Part shown: in pieces, positions 13,130 to 27,200 of the stretch
How positions within the stretch are numbered: the stretch's first letter is position 1
How the letters are laid out: each line of letters begins with the position of its first letter
Source of the DNA: Sminthopsis crassicaudata
Taxonomy: Eukaryota
Reading direction: 5' to 3'
Assembly (NCBI RefSeq): GCF_048593235.1
Contig: NC_133622.1
Location: 29,698,001-29,762,000 of the forward strand
DNA: 64,000 bases
The notes under the pieces: generated by a model
What the model was told of the DNA's origin: nothing
Databases searched by the model: none
The model's input: only the letters and a program-made list of their open reading frames with translations
Made by a program: the position numbers and the translations under genes

Positions 13130-14110
13130 ATGAAGAGAAAGCTATAGATACAGTTTAGCTAAATTTTAACAAAGCTTTTGATAAAGTATCTCATGCTATT
13201 CTTGTGAAGAAGATAGAGAGGTATGGGTTAAATGATAATGTAATCAGGTGATTTCAAAACTAGTGAATAGCCAGAATCAAGGAATAGTTGTTAAAGGTTC
13301 AATTGTCAATGTTGCAGGAGATCTGGAGTTCCCCAGAGATCTCTTGATCTTATGCTACTTGAGATTTTTATCAATGGCTTTTGTAAAGGTATACATGACA
13401 TATTCATCAAGTTTTCAGATAACTCAAAGATTAGAGAGAAAGCTAATACAAGATATGACAGAATCAGATCCCCAAAGAATTTGGAAACACTAGGACTTTG
13501 GAAAGAATCTAAGAAGATGAAATCCAATAGGAATGAATGTAAAATCTTGCACTTGGGTATTAAAAAATCCATTTCACAAAGTAGAAGATGAGAGAGGCTC
13601 AATGAATAGAGAAACATTGTGTTAAAAAGTGGTGGGGCTTCCAGGAATTGGGATATGATAGTACCACCATATTTTCCTCTTCTCAGATTTCATCTGGGTT
13701 GAGTTCTAAGCATGATGATGTAAGGACAATGATAATCTGGATAATTTCTAAAGAAGGGTAGCCAGAATAATCTAGAATCTTGAATCCATGCTATGTAAGG
13801 ATCAGTGAAAGAAACCGAGTTGAGGTAGGAAAAGAAAAGATTCAAAAAGAACATTATTTAAGTATTTGAAAGGCTGTCATGTGCAAGAGGAACTAAGATC
13901 AGAGGATAAAAGAGAAAACGGGGAATGATGGGTGAAAGTAGCAAAGAGGCAAATCTAGTCTCAATATCTGGAAAAACTTTCTAACAATTAGAACTGGCCA
14001 AAAGTGAACTGGATTCCCTGGAGAAGAGGTGGATTACCCTTCCTTGAACATCTTCAAGAAAAGGCTAAAAGACCATTTGTGGAAAATGTTATAGTTGGGA
14101 TTTCTTTGTG
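13130..14110 (+). mobile_element. CR1/L3 LINE fragment (RT region and 3' end)
   Basis: aaagcttttgataaagtatctcatgctattctt translates KAFDKVSHAIL, like the CR1 RT motif KAFDKVPH; a second L3 fragment lies at about 46250-46720. Confidence 0.75.
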
Positions 14111-15419
14111 TGTATGAAGTGGGCTACTGAGTTGCTGAGGGGTCTTCCCACTCTCAAAATCTATGATTTTGTCATTCTAAATTGAAGAAAAAAGCAAATT
14201 ATATGAACATTATACAGATCCTCATGCTCCCATTTATAATTCTTTTTCTCTTCTACTTTGTATATGGAAATGTTCACTTTAGTTGGTGTTTGTTAAATGA
14301 AGAATTTTAAAAATCAGTTAAAAATAAAATCACTGTTAAAAATATCAAGAATAAAGTTGACACCTAATTCTGCCACTGACTACCTGTGTGATTCTGGGCA
14401 AGTCACCACGTCTCAGGGCCTCCATTCCTTCTTCTATAAAATGAGCAAGCTGGACTAGAATGACCTGCAAGCTTTCTTCGAGTTTTGTAACCATGAGCCT
14501 ATGACTATAGAAATAATTATCCTTTGGGAATAGCTCTGTTACAAATAATATCTGTTCTATTCATTTTGCACTTGTCATATAGTGCCTTGTATTCTTAGTT
14601 ATTTTTTCTTTGTGTCTTACCTCACCTATATTGTTCACTTCTAGAAAGCAGAGAATCTTATACTTCTTTAATACATTTTCTTATAGCCAGAAATCTTTGA
14701 TAAACATTTATTGATTGATTAAGAGCAGAACAGGTGAATTGAAAGTTAATACTAGTTTTACCCTTATTCTACTTTACCCAACTCTCTTAGATAAAGCTTG
14801 CTTTCATAAATTATGATAATTATGATAAATTTTGAGGCACATTCATTGGAAGATAATTGTTCTTTTCTTCCTAGTAGCTTCATATTTTTCATGTTTTTAA
14901 ATATGAAACTAGTAAATAACTTTACATTTTATCCAGATGCTATCTAGATAAATCAATGTGATGGCAATTCCTTGGCAATTATATATTTCCTTTATTTTTT
15001 CCACATGAAAACAAATGTTTTAGTGCTGAAATATTATCTCATCACAAATAGATATTGAGAAATTGTGTAGCTTTAGTTTTTTGTTAGAATTTGCTTTTCT
15101 TAAGTATTTGTATTTGGTATTAAGATTTTCCTTAAGATGAAATTATAAAACCACTCATCCCAAAAAAACTGTAAAATCGGAATATGTTTGATAAACTTGC
15201 TTCAAAACTGGCTAAAACGTTTTTTCAATCATGTCAGTTTGAAAGCTTGAACAGAAAATATCCATGACATTTTCTTATTCATTCTCAATACACTGATTCT
15301 CTAACTTCAAATTAAATATATAAAAATCAATGGTAGTATTTTTATATTTACATATTTTAACATTTCCTATTATAATAAAATAATAGCTAGACTTTTTAGT
15401 TACTATAAGAAGGTTACTT

Positions 15420-15545
15420 CTGTCAAATTACATTGCTATATGTAACTCATCCTGGGTCTCACAGTTCAAGCTAATCATTGACAGACCTTTACAATCACAA
15501 GCTTTTGCTGAAGCTTTGATAAGACAGTCCAGCAGTTAGCAGCAA
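15420..15545 (+). promoter_or_regulatory. KLB proximal promoter / 5' UTR with HNF1-like site (15470-15482) and GATA site (15517-15523)
   Basis: GCTAATCATTGAC vs HNF1 consensus GTTAATNATTAAC; TGATAAG; directly precedes the conserved ATG at 15546. Confidence 0.55.
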
Positions 15546-15646
15546 ATGAAGGCAGACTGTGCAGCAGGATCTCCAGGGAATGAATGGATTTTCTTCAGAC
15601 ACGATGAAAGAAAACTGACTGTAAAAATTCACACTACAAGAAAACA
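15546..15646 (+). CDS. KLB: KLB N-terminal extension ([22 protein letters not shown]...), out of frame with the rest of exon 1 in this sequence
   Basis: Matches human [24 protein letters not shown] (recalled), but lies 101 nt (not a multiple of 3) upstream of ATG 15647. Confidence 0.7.
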
Positions 15647-18600
15647 ATGTTCATCCACGGACCGAAAGGCTCTGTCATCCTCTGGGCGTTTTTCCTCACA
15701 AGAACCATTACTGGATTCCCAGGAGAAGGACAATCTATATGGAAAAAAGATCATACCTTTAATCCTATGAATGAAACTCAGATATTTCTATATGATACTT
15801 TCCCAAAAAACTTTTTCTGGGGTGTAGGAACTGGAGCATTTCAAGTGGAAGGAAGTCAGAAAAAAGATGGTAAGGGACCCTCGATATGGGATCACTTCAT
15901 CAGCACACACCTCAGAGATGTCAACAACACAGATGACTCGAGTGACAGCTATGCTTTTCTGGGGAAAGATTTGTCTGCGCTGGAGTTTTTGGGAGTTTCT
16001 TTCTATCAATTTTCGATTTCCTGGCCCAGGCTCTTTCCAGATGGGATAGTAGCAGATGCCAACGAAAAAGGACTTCAATACTATAATACTCTCCTCGACT
16101 CTCTTGTCCATAGAAACATTGAGCCTATAGTTACTTTATACCACTGGGACTTGCCTCTAGCACTACAAGAAAAATATGGGGGGTGGAAAAATGAAACCAT
16201 AATAAAGATTTTCAACGACTATGCGACTTACTGTTTCCAGACATTTGGAAACCGTGTTAAATATTGGATTACAATACACAACCCGTATCTAGTTGCTTGG
16301 CACGGCTATGGTACAGGTATGCATGCACCAGGAGAGAAAGGGAACTTAGCAGCTGTTTATGCTGTGGCACACAACCTGATCAAGGTACAGTAGAGCCGGT
16401 TTCATGTTAGAGTCTCAGATTTTTTTTAAATGTAATTGTCTAGTGGAACTAGAGAATGAAGCTAGGAAAAGATGAATTTTAAATTTGTTTTTACTGCCTT
16501 CATCCTTTGCCATTATTTTTCAGAATTACCTACTGTCTATTTCTGGTCTTTTTCAATGGTGGTTTGTCTTAAATTCAATTTCTTAATCCTAATGTTAGTT
16601 TCCTAAAATATATTATTTCGAGTTATGCTTTTTAAAAGACTCTATCCATAGCTCCATATGATATTAGTACAAATGTCTGTTTTCATCTGCAGGATCACTG
16701 CAAAGGTTATACAAGTTCTGTTCCTAAAGAGAAAAGAATCCTTCTTGTCAGAGATCCAACCAACCACTTCAGAATTCTGTTAGAATAAAAATGCTTAAAA
16801 ATCTGCAGTTTATGGTTTCTAGTTTATGATTAGGGATGCTTAATTGCAAACGTGTAAAATTCCATATGCAGACTTTGAAACTATATTATTTCTAATTTGC
16901 CTTGCTTTTTTTTAAATAGTAGAAAAAATATGACTTCCATTTAATCCAAGTGTTCAAGTTGAAGTTAGTAAGGTAAAAATTGTGAAGTATATGAGGAAAG
17001 GCTTTATTGGAGTATTATTATCTTAAAGCAGTGAAAATATCAAAAGTCACATCTTTTAAAAGACATTTAAATTATTAGAATTCTAATGAGAAAATATGAA
17101 CAAAAATAGGAATGTAGATAATATTTCTATAAAATAATTATATAATTAGATATAAAAAGTTTGTATAAGTGCACTTTCAAAAAAGGTTCCACAATTTCCA
17201 ATGGCAAAAAGAAAATCCAAAATTTAATTTCATATTTAATCTATCAATGGCTAGGAAAAAAAGGTTTAAAGTTTTGCATCAGATCTGGAACATTTTGATA
17301 ATGGGGTTAAAAAAGGATTAATAATAAAGTGATACAATCTAGTAAAAGATGTAATTAAAATTCTGTTATAATAATTAAACATTTATTGCCTATTATATAA
17401 ACTAAAAATGTTTTAAGAACAGTAAAATTGCATTCCCTTTATAAGTTTTCAACATATAGATCTGTCTGGTAACTCTAGTTATGTTTTCTGTATGTTACTT
17501 AATTATAACATAATTAATACAAAATTATTACATAAAAGTATCCATGCACACACTTTCCAGCCACACCCACCTACTTAGATAGTAGATTATGTTAGGATTT
17601 CAGCCACCATCTCATAGGTAGTATCAGCTTTGCATAAAAAAGGATTGTTATATACCTTTCCATTTCATATACTTAGAGTATAAATAAATATGTTAAGATT
17701 TAACAAAATTAAATTTTAACAGAAAAAAACTAACCCATTCATATCTAAGTGTAGACATTTATATAATAAAAAATATATTCTAAATTAATTAAGATTTCTA
17801 TTTCCTTGAAAGCTTTTTAACAGTTTAAAATTCAAGGATTTATTTTAATAACAACTATGCCTTCTATATTATTACTTTTATCTTTTTAAAAATCCCACAT
17901 AATAAACTTAATTGACTGCAATTTAAAGATTATGAATTATAATTTCTGGGCTAATAAAAACTGTATCATGAAACATGCTACTTAGTGATAGACTACACCA
18001 AAGAAGAATGGAAAGAAAGCTTAATGGTTTCATAAACTGAAATGCCAAGGAGACTTGAAACTTAAGCCTCCAGGTTGTCCCAATTCCCCTTCCTCTTAGG
18101 GAAGTCCCTTTATGACTTATTATAGGATAAGTGATTTTTAACAGAAAAAAAAATTCTAATTCCACATGGTGAAATGAGAAATCTCCTCCTTAGTGCTTCA
18201 TCTTGTGGCCTGGGTTATCCCTTGGTACTGATCATTTGTAGTTAATATTTTAAGATTTCCAGGCTCTATAAGCTCATCAGATTCATACTTTGATAATGAT
18301 GGTGCTGTGATTTTTATCAATGTGTGTATCTCCTCCAATAATACATACTGAATTCCAACCACATCTTGTCTTCTTATGTGACTCCCTGTAAATTCTCCAC
18401 TGGGATTCACCCTTTTAATATCTTTTGATATTATATGGAAGTCATTTGTTCAATTATTTCTCAGTTGATGGGTATCTTCTTAATTTCCACTTCTCTATTA
18501 CCTCAAAAAATTACCATAATATTTTTGTGCATATGAATGTTTTTCTTGTCACCCCAGCCCCCTTTCAGCTTCCTTTTATATGTTGTTTTCCTCCATTAAA

Positions 18601-21600
18601 ATGTAAACTCCTTGAGGTCAAGGACTCTTTCTGCTTGTATTTGTCCAGAGCTTAGTACCATACCTGCCACAGAGTAAGCACTAATAACTGCTTGTTGGCT
18701 GACAGAATATGACCTGGGAAGGATACTGAAAATCCACTGCGTATTTTCTTCTCCTTTCCTCTTTGGTGCCAATGAAAAACCCAGTCTTTGTTTCTGGTAA
18801 ACCAAAGGGAAAGATGCCTGTCACCAGCTCCAGGAAATCAAGGGGACCCTACTGGCAACAGAGATAGAGGGGTCACCACCCCTACAGTTCAAGGTATAAG
18901 GACTTCAAGATCAATTAAAGAGATGGCATTCGAATTCAGCAAAGAGTGATCTTCACCTTCCCTACTGGGATAGTTTCTTAACATAGCCCTAATCCAGTCC
19001 TGGTCCTAAGGACACAGGATAGGTTAAAGTGGTTGTGTAACTAACTGACTTGATTAGACAGATCTAAATCCACCACCACACCTTCAAGGGAATTCTCTAA
19101 ATTACTGTTTACCCAGAGCTGGTCTGTATCTCCTAATCCCAGAATTAGTTACCATGTAATGAAGTCACATTTCAGAAATCAAAAACACTACTAACAAAAA
19201 TCCTACCAAAGTATGCCTCGTTTGGAGACAGATTTAGAATAAGTAAAGCAAACTTGAGGTACAATTTGTTGTGTGTGAAGAATTTTTTTCTCCTGGGGAA
19301 AGTGGAAATTTATGAACTATAATTCTTGGACTGCTATAGATTAGCTTGGTTATTAAACAAAATCGGTTGGCTATTTTAACTTCATTAGAGTCAGTATACT
19401 CTTACTGAAGCTCTGCAGACTCATTTGCCAAAGTTTAGACGCTTGGCCAATTCTCTTTAAAAATCACAAAATCATCTAATTTCAGGGTATTCTGCCATGC
19501 ATTTTTCCTAAAAAATGTGGTTTAGGAATGACATTCTAAAACTGGTTTCTCAGAATATCAAATTTCAATTTCCAACTTTCCTTTTCATTGCATTATTGTT
19601 AATTCCTCTAAGCTTATAAATATTTTTGATGGGTCAGTGATTTTCTACTATGATCCTAATTTATTTACAGACCTCCTCATTTAAGAAGCCTACATTGTAG
19701 AATTAGCCAGAGAAGCTACTGTATACACTAGAGCCTTTAGTGAAAATACTTTGCATTTATTTCGAGGAGGAAATTTTCCTCCATTTTTGGCTTTGCCCTG
19801 GCTAGTTTGCTAATAGTTTAATCATAAAGTCCACTTCATAAATTATAAAGCTTTGTCACCAAATAGGTCATCTCTGTTTACATTTTCTTTTTTTTAATAG
19901 TATTTTATTTTTCCAAATATGTCAGTATAGTTTTTAACATTCATTTTTGTAAAACTGTATTCTAACTTTTTCTCCCTCCTTCCCTTACCTCCCCCCTCCT
20001 TAAGCCTGTCTACATTTTCTTTAGTCTATGGGTGGACTTTATTCCTTTTGCCTCATCCCCAACTAGATTGTAAGTTCTTTGAGGGATTATGTCAATACTT
20101 ATCGGGCTAGCCCAATAAACAATAAATACTTGGATTGAATCGCATATACATCAACACACATTGTTATATTGTACTTGTTATAAACTTTTTTTTCAAAATG
20201 TAAAAAACAAATCACAGTCACTACTTTCTATTAATAATTTTATTATTAAGATAAATATTTTCATACTGTATCTATCCTAAAACTATAGTAATATTATTAA
20301 AAATAGGGTGTAAGAACCTCAAGAGAAAAACCCTAACAATTGTGAAGTTACTACCAGTATGATTTATGCTTAAGCCTTCTTTGCTACCACATCATAACAT
20401 TGCCGGTGTTTCAGAAATACATTAAGATATATAGGCCGGTATAGGCTTTCCTTTTAGCCATTGGAAATAAAGTGAAGTAATATGTTATATTAGTCATCAA
20501 TAAGCAGTCAAAGAGCAAGGAGGCTTTTACGAGAAGCAGGGTAGAAATATGTTGGGTCTTAGAGTGAGAAGTTTGAATTTATGAACTGAGAGATTCACTT
20601 CATCTCCTTCTGAGGAGAATCACTCAAGTTCTCTGATATAAAATAAGCATAGTAATATATATATGTGTAAACTTATTGCATCATTTTGCCAATAAGAGAA
20701 CAAATATCATTAGTATTATAATAACATTAGTAGTATAAAAACAGTTGTTTTATTGCTACAAAATAAAGCTGATTTGGACAACTATCCACACATCAGAAAT
20801 AATTGCAACCTAATGTCAGTGAGAACCTGAAAGGAATAAAAACATTCACATTGTACCCTAGCACTTTCTAACATTCATAATAAGAGATTAATAATTTAAA
20901 ATGAATCTATAGGTTCATTCTTCAGTCAGCTCCTGGTTACAAAGAAAAAAATCCTACAATTGTCATATTAATTTTTAAAAATTTAAATAGCACAAGGAAA
21001 TGAGGCCATAAAATAATACTGATAGCTAACTTTTGTGTAGCACTTACTATGTGCCTCACACTGTGTTAGGTCAGAGCTTGGATTTTAACTCTGGTCTTAC
21101 TGACTTCAAGCTCTGAGTTCTGTCTACCTTGCTACCAACTGCCTGAATCCACTCTGGATATGTTACTGGATTATTAGTTTAATGGACTGTGTACAAAAAT
21201 GTTTAGCTAAACAATAAATAGGTAGGTGGATGGCCAGATAGAAAGCCAAGCCTAGAAGCACAAAGACCTCAGGACGAATATAGCCTCACACATTCATTAA
21301 TGGGCAAGTCACTAAATCTCCTTCTACCTCAATTTCCTCATATGTAAAATAGAGATGATGATATCTCTGCAGTGTTGTTGTAAGGATCAAACGAAATAAT
21401 AATTGTAGCAGTTTTACCAATTCTAGAATGGGAATAATGGCATCTACTTCCCAGTGTAGTTTTGATGATCAATTGTGATGATATTCCAATGCCTGACACA
21501 TAGTAGGAATCCAATAAATATAAATACTTGTTTCCTTCCTTTTTTCCTGTCATTGAGGAACAGTTCCCAACAAATTATATAATAAAAAGGGAACTTCTTA

Positions 21601-24171
21601 TTTTCTACACTACCCCCCAAAAAAAAATTGACAAGAACTGAGAGAAACTTGTCTCCTGCTGAATCTGCTACTAAATTAATGTAAAATTAAAAGTATTCAG
21701 ACAATTATTCCAAATAGTTAAAAAATGCTTACTGTGATATTAAACAAAAGGAAATGTTTGGCAACTGGATCACAGTCATCAAGACTGATCATATTCAAAA
21801 GAGTTTTTCTTCTAGATGCTAAATTTAAAGGCTATTTCCAGCACTCACAGTCCTTTAGCAGAACCAGGAATATTTAGTTAAAACAAATGTCCACTAAGTG
21901 ATGGGCCTGAAGGAAACATCTATCATCTCCCTTATGTGGTAGTATCTTTAGCCAGGGCTGATAGATAGGTGGCATTCAGGCCACTTGTTCGGAGAAAAGT
22001 ATGTAGCTTTTGGCTCAGGGCACAAAATTTCCTAATTATGGCTTTTAATTATTTGATAAAAACTTAAAGTTCTCATAAATGTGATGCAAAATGATGTATG
22101 CGGACCCAAGGTCTTTGGCAATATACTGGTTTTATATCAATTAGTTGATTAAAGTATTATACTGATTTGTTACCCTTTAGGTTTTTGTTTGGTTTTGGTT
22201 TTGTTTGGGGGGGATTTTTTTTTTTGCAGTACCATATTTACTTCACAGTACATTTAGAACTAGAAATTTAGAGAATCTCAGAATTAGATGGACTTAGAAG
22301 TCATGTAATCCAACCTGCAGCTGAACAGAAATGCCCTCTGTGATAGAGCCAGTGTAGTGGTCTAATGTCTCCTTGAAGGCTTTCAGTAAGGGAAATTCCC
22401 CCCTTCTTGAGGCAGCCATCTACCACTTTTGAATAATGTTAGTTATAATTATTAGGAAATTTTCCTTTAAGCAATCTGAAACCTGCCTCCATATTACTTG
22501 GGCAGATTTTCTCTAATTCTGTCCCCCTTTTATCTTGCATGTCTCCTGTGTATGACTATTGTTTCTCTCACCTTTTTTTTTTTTAATTTTAGTAGTTTTT
22601 TGGTGCAGAATTTGATTGTCTCTCCACAAATAGACAATGGTATAGATGTTTTATGTTTATTTTCTCTGTGTTATACCTGGGATTCTCTGCAATCTCTATC
22701 TTCGTAGATATATGTGATAATTTTCTCCCTACTCTTCACTTTAAGTTTAAAAGCTTTTCAATCATTCCTCATAAGATTTAAAAGCCTCCAGGGAAAAGAG
22801 AGACTTTACAGATATATCACCAAGAAATAATGACCAATGGGTTAAAAACCAGTATTATAGCATGCCTTTCATAAATATTTATTGAATGAATGAACTAATG
22901 AACAACCACAGGCTTATTAGTCAAATGTGCATAAATGGACTTAAATTTTGCTGTGTGGATAAAAGGTCCCAAAGGTAGCTTCAATCATCAGAATTCCACA
23001 TTTAGTTATTTACATTTTAGGCAGGAAATTAATAGGCTACAGTTGGACTACAAAAAAGTGTTATAAATCCTTTAGCAGAGCAACATTTACTCTTTCCAAC
23101 TATCCATTAAGTAGAAAAAATTGTAGTTAGATGAATGATTAACAAAAGTTTAAATAAATGTAATTATAAATATGCTGTGAATGATATTGCTGTCCTATTT
23201 AAACAGCTTGATTCAATATGAACATTCTCATAAGTGTTCATAAAAAATCGAGCTCAACTGGATCAGAAAATATCATGAATAAATAAGGAAAAATGTGCCA
23301 GCTATTAAAGGGGCTTATATAGTAACATGTTGAACTGTTGAAAAATAGTACGTTAATATCTGTGTGATAATTCTTTTAATTAAATATTTGTTAAAAAAAA
23401 AAAAAAGAACTTAGCAAGAAATCTCAGTTTTAGAAAATGATCTATTTCTAAAGAAAAATATGCAATCAGAACTATTGAATATTAACAAAGTTTCATGTTT
23501 AGACTACTAGTAGAAAAACAATGGGATGCTCAAACTGTAAATCATAGAGCTAGAAAGGATTGCAGAAGCCGTCTCAGATATTTTATGGAGAAACTGAGGT
23601 CCAGAGAGATTGTATGCTATAGAACTTACCCTAAGCTACACAAGTAATAACTGATAGAGCTAAGATTTAAACCTAAAATCACTCACTCCAAATCCAGCAC
23701 TCATCCCATAGTTACATATTCCTGCGAGTAGAGAATTTTAGAAAAAAGTATCCATTATGGAATTCCCCAAATTAAGGAGATTAATCAGATCGAGTAATAT
23801 GATTTGAGTCAGTTATTTAAAAACATTGAACTCTAAACTCAATATTTGAGTGCACTCTATTGTTTTGGTATTTCATACAGCAAATCTATAGCTGGAGAGG
23901 CATCATGGCAAATTTGTTAGAAAGCTTTCCTTAGTATCAGGGACATCTGATAAAATAATAAAATGTTTAACAACCATCTTTTTGTAACCAGGACACATTT
24001 GTAAATTTAATCTGCATTAAATTTATATTTTGTGCATCACTTTCTTAAGTCTAGAAAATTAAGAAAACAATAAATCAAGCTCTGATGTGCAGGTCTGCTG
24101 TACATTTGTATTTGCCAGGGTCTGAGCCTCACAATAAAAATTTAACAACAGGCTCTTGAGAACCTGTCTCC

Positions 24172-24202
<31 letters not shown>

Positions 24203-27200
24203 AAAAAAATTTTTAATTAAAAAAAAAAAAAAGCTTCCATATAGACCAGTGTCAAGTTCTGCACTCTCTTAGCCCACCAGAAAGCTCTCAAACCCTGTAA
24301 GTCATAGAACAGTTGCTGGGCTGCAATAGGAAAAATTGGAAGTATCGCCTACCAGTGAAATCATAGCACAGACTATGACAGTTTTAACCAAAAAGTTAGA
24401 AGTTTATTGCTTATTTCTTTTTTCATTTTATTGAATGCTATTTTTATGCTTTTATCATCAAGTCCCTTAGCTTCCTGTTTGCGATGCCAATGTGACCTTT
24501 TATGGAGTGACAAAAAAATGATTTACCAGATTAAGATGACTAATTGGACTTTGATTTCCATCTTTCCTTGGTCTTTCTCTGAAAGGTGTGAAACTTTGGG
24601 AGGAAAGAACAAATGAAAATAGGAGATTAAGGCAATTAAACTCACAGGCAGAAAGCTTAGATTTCATTTGGTTTTAGTACAAAAAAACCCCCAAAAAACA
24701 AACCCTCGTGCTTCGATTATTCAAATAAAATAGCTAGCAATAAGAAAGAGAAAATAAGGGGATTGAAAGGAACTTAGATAAATATAGAGTAATTACTTTA
24801 CTTTATTCATTACTGGTCTATATGTTTCCTTTGGAAAGCAGCAGAACTGAAAGTTGTTATCGCTACTTAGTTGTTTTTGACTCATGTTTGACTCTGTGGT
24901 CCATGTGGAAAACCCCACATGGGTTGTCGGTAAAAGAAAATGTTGGAGTAATTGGCCATTTTCTTCTCTAGCTCATTTTACATATGAGGAAACTGAAGCG
25001 CACAGAGATATGTAACTTGCCCAGGGTCACCCCCCTAGTAAGTATCTGAGACCAGATTTAAATTCAGGAAGATGATTCCAGGCCTGGCACTCTACTGTGC
25101 CACAGAGCTGTCCAGAACTGAAAGTACCATCGATAAATTCTCTCTTTTAAGAGAATGCTAAACTGGAACCCCATCTGTTGGAGGAGTGGGGATAGTGGAG
25201 AAGGCATAATACCACTGTGTATATCAAATGTTAAAATCAACATCATAACTCTCGGGCAGCTGGGTGGTGCAGGAGGACCTGAGTTCAAATCTGATCTCAG
25301 ATACTTAACACTTCCCATCTGTGTGACACTGGGCAAGTCACTTAACCCCAACTGCCTCAGGAAAAAAAAAAAAAATCATAACTCTCAGTGGTTTTCTAAG
25401 TGAGCTGTCGTCCAAATTGAAATCCAGCTTTGTCATTCTATTGAACTTTGTCATTCTATTGATAGTGAGATATAGCACTAGTGGTTTCAGATGTTCTCTG
25501 GTTCAGGAGAGTTCCCCAAACAAGACTTTAACAACCGGGCTACTTAGTCTTGCCAACTTGGGAGTCTTTCCTGGGAGTCTCCTGGAGTCTTTCCAAAAAG
25601 CTTCTGATTGCCAGATGGCCACTCCTGGAGACTAAGCCTCTGGCTGGGTGGGTAATGCCAGTTATCAGAAGCGTAGCCGAATCACCTACTGAGCAGTTCA
25701 GTTCTCTGTTAAAAATCAAGTAAGGACAGAAATAAAATACTCTCTTAAATTTAAAAAAGAGACTAAAAGAGACAAAGGAACTGCCTGCAAGAGAAAATTT
25801 AGAACTGGCAAGGAGCAGAGGATATGTGAAATCTCTCCCAACTCTGAAATTCTAGGATTCTTTCAATATAGAACTGGCTGACAGTTTTATGTTTATGATT
25901 TATTTGTTTTTATTTTTTATTTTTGCTGCCATGAGAAGCTTCATTTAGGTCACCCATCTACATCAACTTGACCTGATTAAAGCTCTAGTCTTGTGACCAC
26001 CAAGTTCATCACTAATATAATACAAATAAAGAACTTAAAACCTCATACAAAGTTGGCAAGTAAATGCCCCCTAGGCAAGGGAGAACTTCAGTAAAGCATC
26101 AATTAGCTAATATTGATTTTTTACTCTGTCTCCTAATATGTGAGAAAACCAACAGATGCTTCACTTAATTAAATTATGGATTCTCTCTTCCCTTTTTTCC
26201 TGTTTGTTATCATAATTAATTTTTGACTCAGTCATTTGATCAATTCAGTCCTCTTAAAGCTGATATTTGAATTCTATAATGACTACACTTTCAGATAACA
26301 AGACAGGACAATCATTTCAAAAGCAATAAATGTGTTAGGACTTAATTTTCCATGAGATTGCAGGGGAAATCTTTAAAATAAAATAAGGATAGTCAATATA
26401 TTTCAAAACATAACTTGAAAATATATTTATAGGAAAATGACGAATAAGATGATTGAATAGGCTCAAGCACTGGAAAGATATATAAAACAAAACTAAAAAT
26501 TATGACAGAATCAATAAATAGAAAACATGAATTTAAAAGATTCAAAATAAAAGTATTGAGATACAGGGATATTTTCTAAAGGATTTTTTAACATTTACAT
26601 TTTGACTATTCTGAGAATAGAGCCATGACAAGGGGTATGGGACATTAAATCAACTGATGCTCTTCCTCCATCCTTTGTAGCCTTTCCACACCCTGAACTT
26701 CAAGTGTTGCTCTATTCCTTCAAATGCCTCAGGCTTTCACTCAATTGCTATTACTCCTTTCTCCTGTCTCCCTGAAACCAGGCTGCTAACCTGCTATATT
26801 TTCTTGCTATACTGAGGGAGATAATCACAAAAAAACCCCTCTGCCATTGTCATGCTTGTTTTCTCAGCTCTTCCTCCTTGGAGGAATTAGGAATCAGAGG
26901 ATTCTGGGTTTAATGAAGGGGTAAGGAGTTGAGGCAATAGGTTGAAAAAAGGTGAATGAATATGACTATCATCAGTAGTGTCCCAGAGCCAACTCTCAGT
27001 TAATTGGGAGAGCCAATTGTTAATTTTGAAAATGAACATTTATATCTCAGAAATCTGCGAGCTATAAAGGACTTGGCTTATTGGTTATAAGTTTATTTTA
27101 TTTTTTATTGTCTAGATTTAAGAAAGTATTCATAATACGAATTAAGTTTAAAAGGGTATGTATGATTTTGATAACTGAAAATTGCCAATTGTTTTGCAGT

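Noticed and set aside
25428-25463. Short tandem duplications (18 bp here; about 20 bp at 49416-49455)
   Set aside because: Ordinary slippage duplications in intronic or intergenic DNA with no functional hint.
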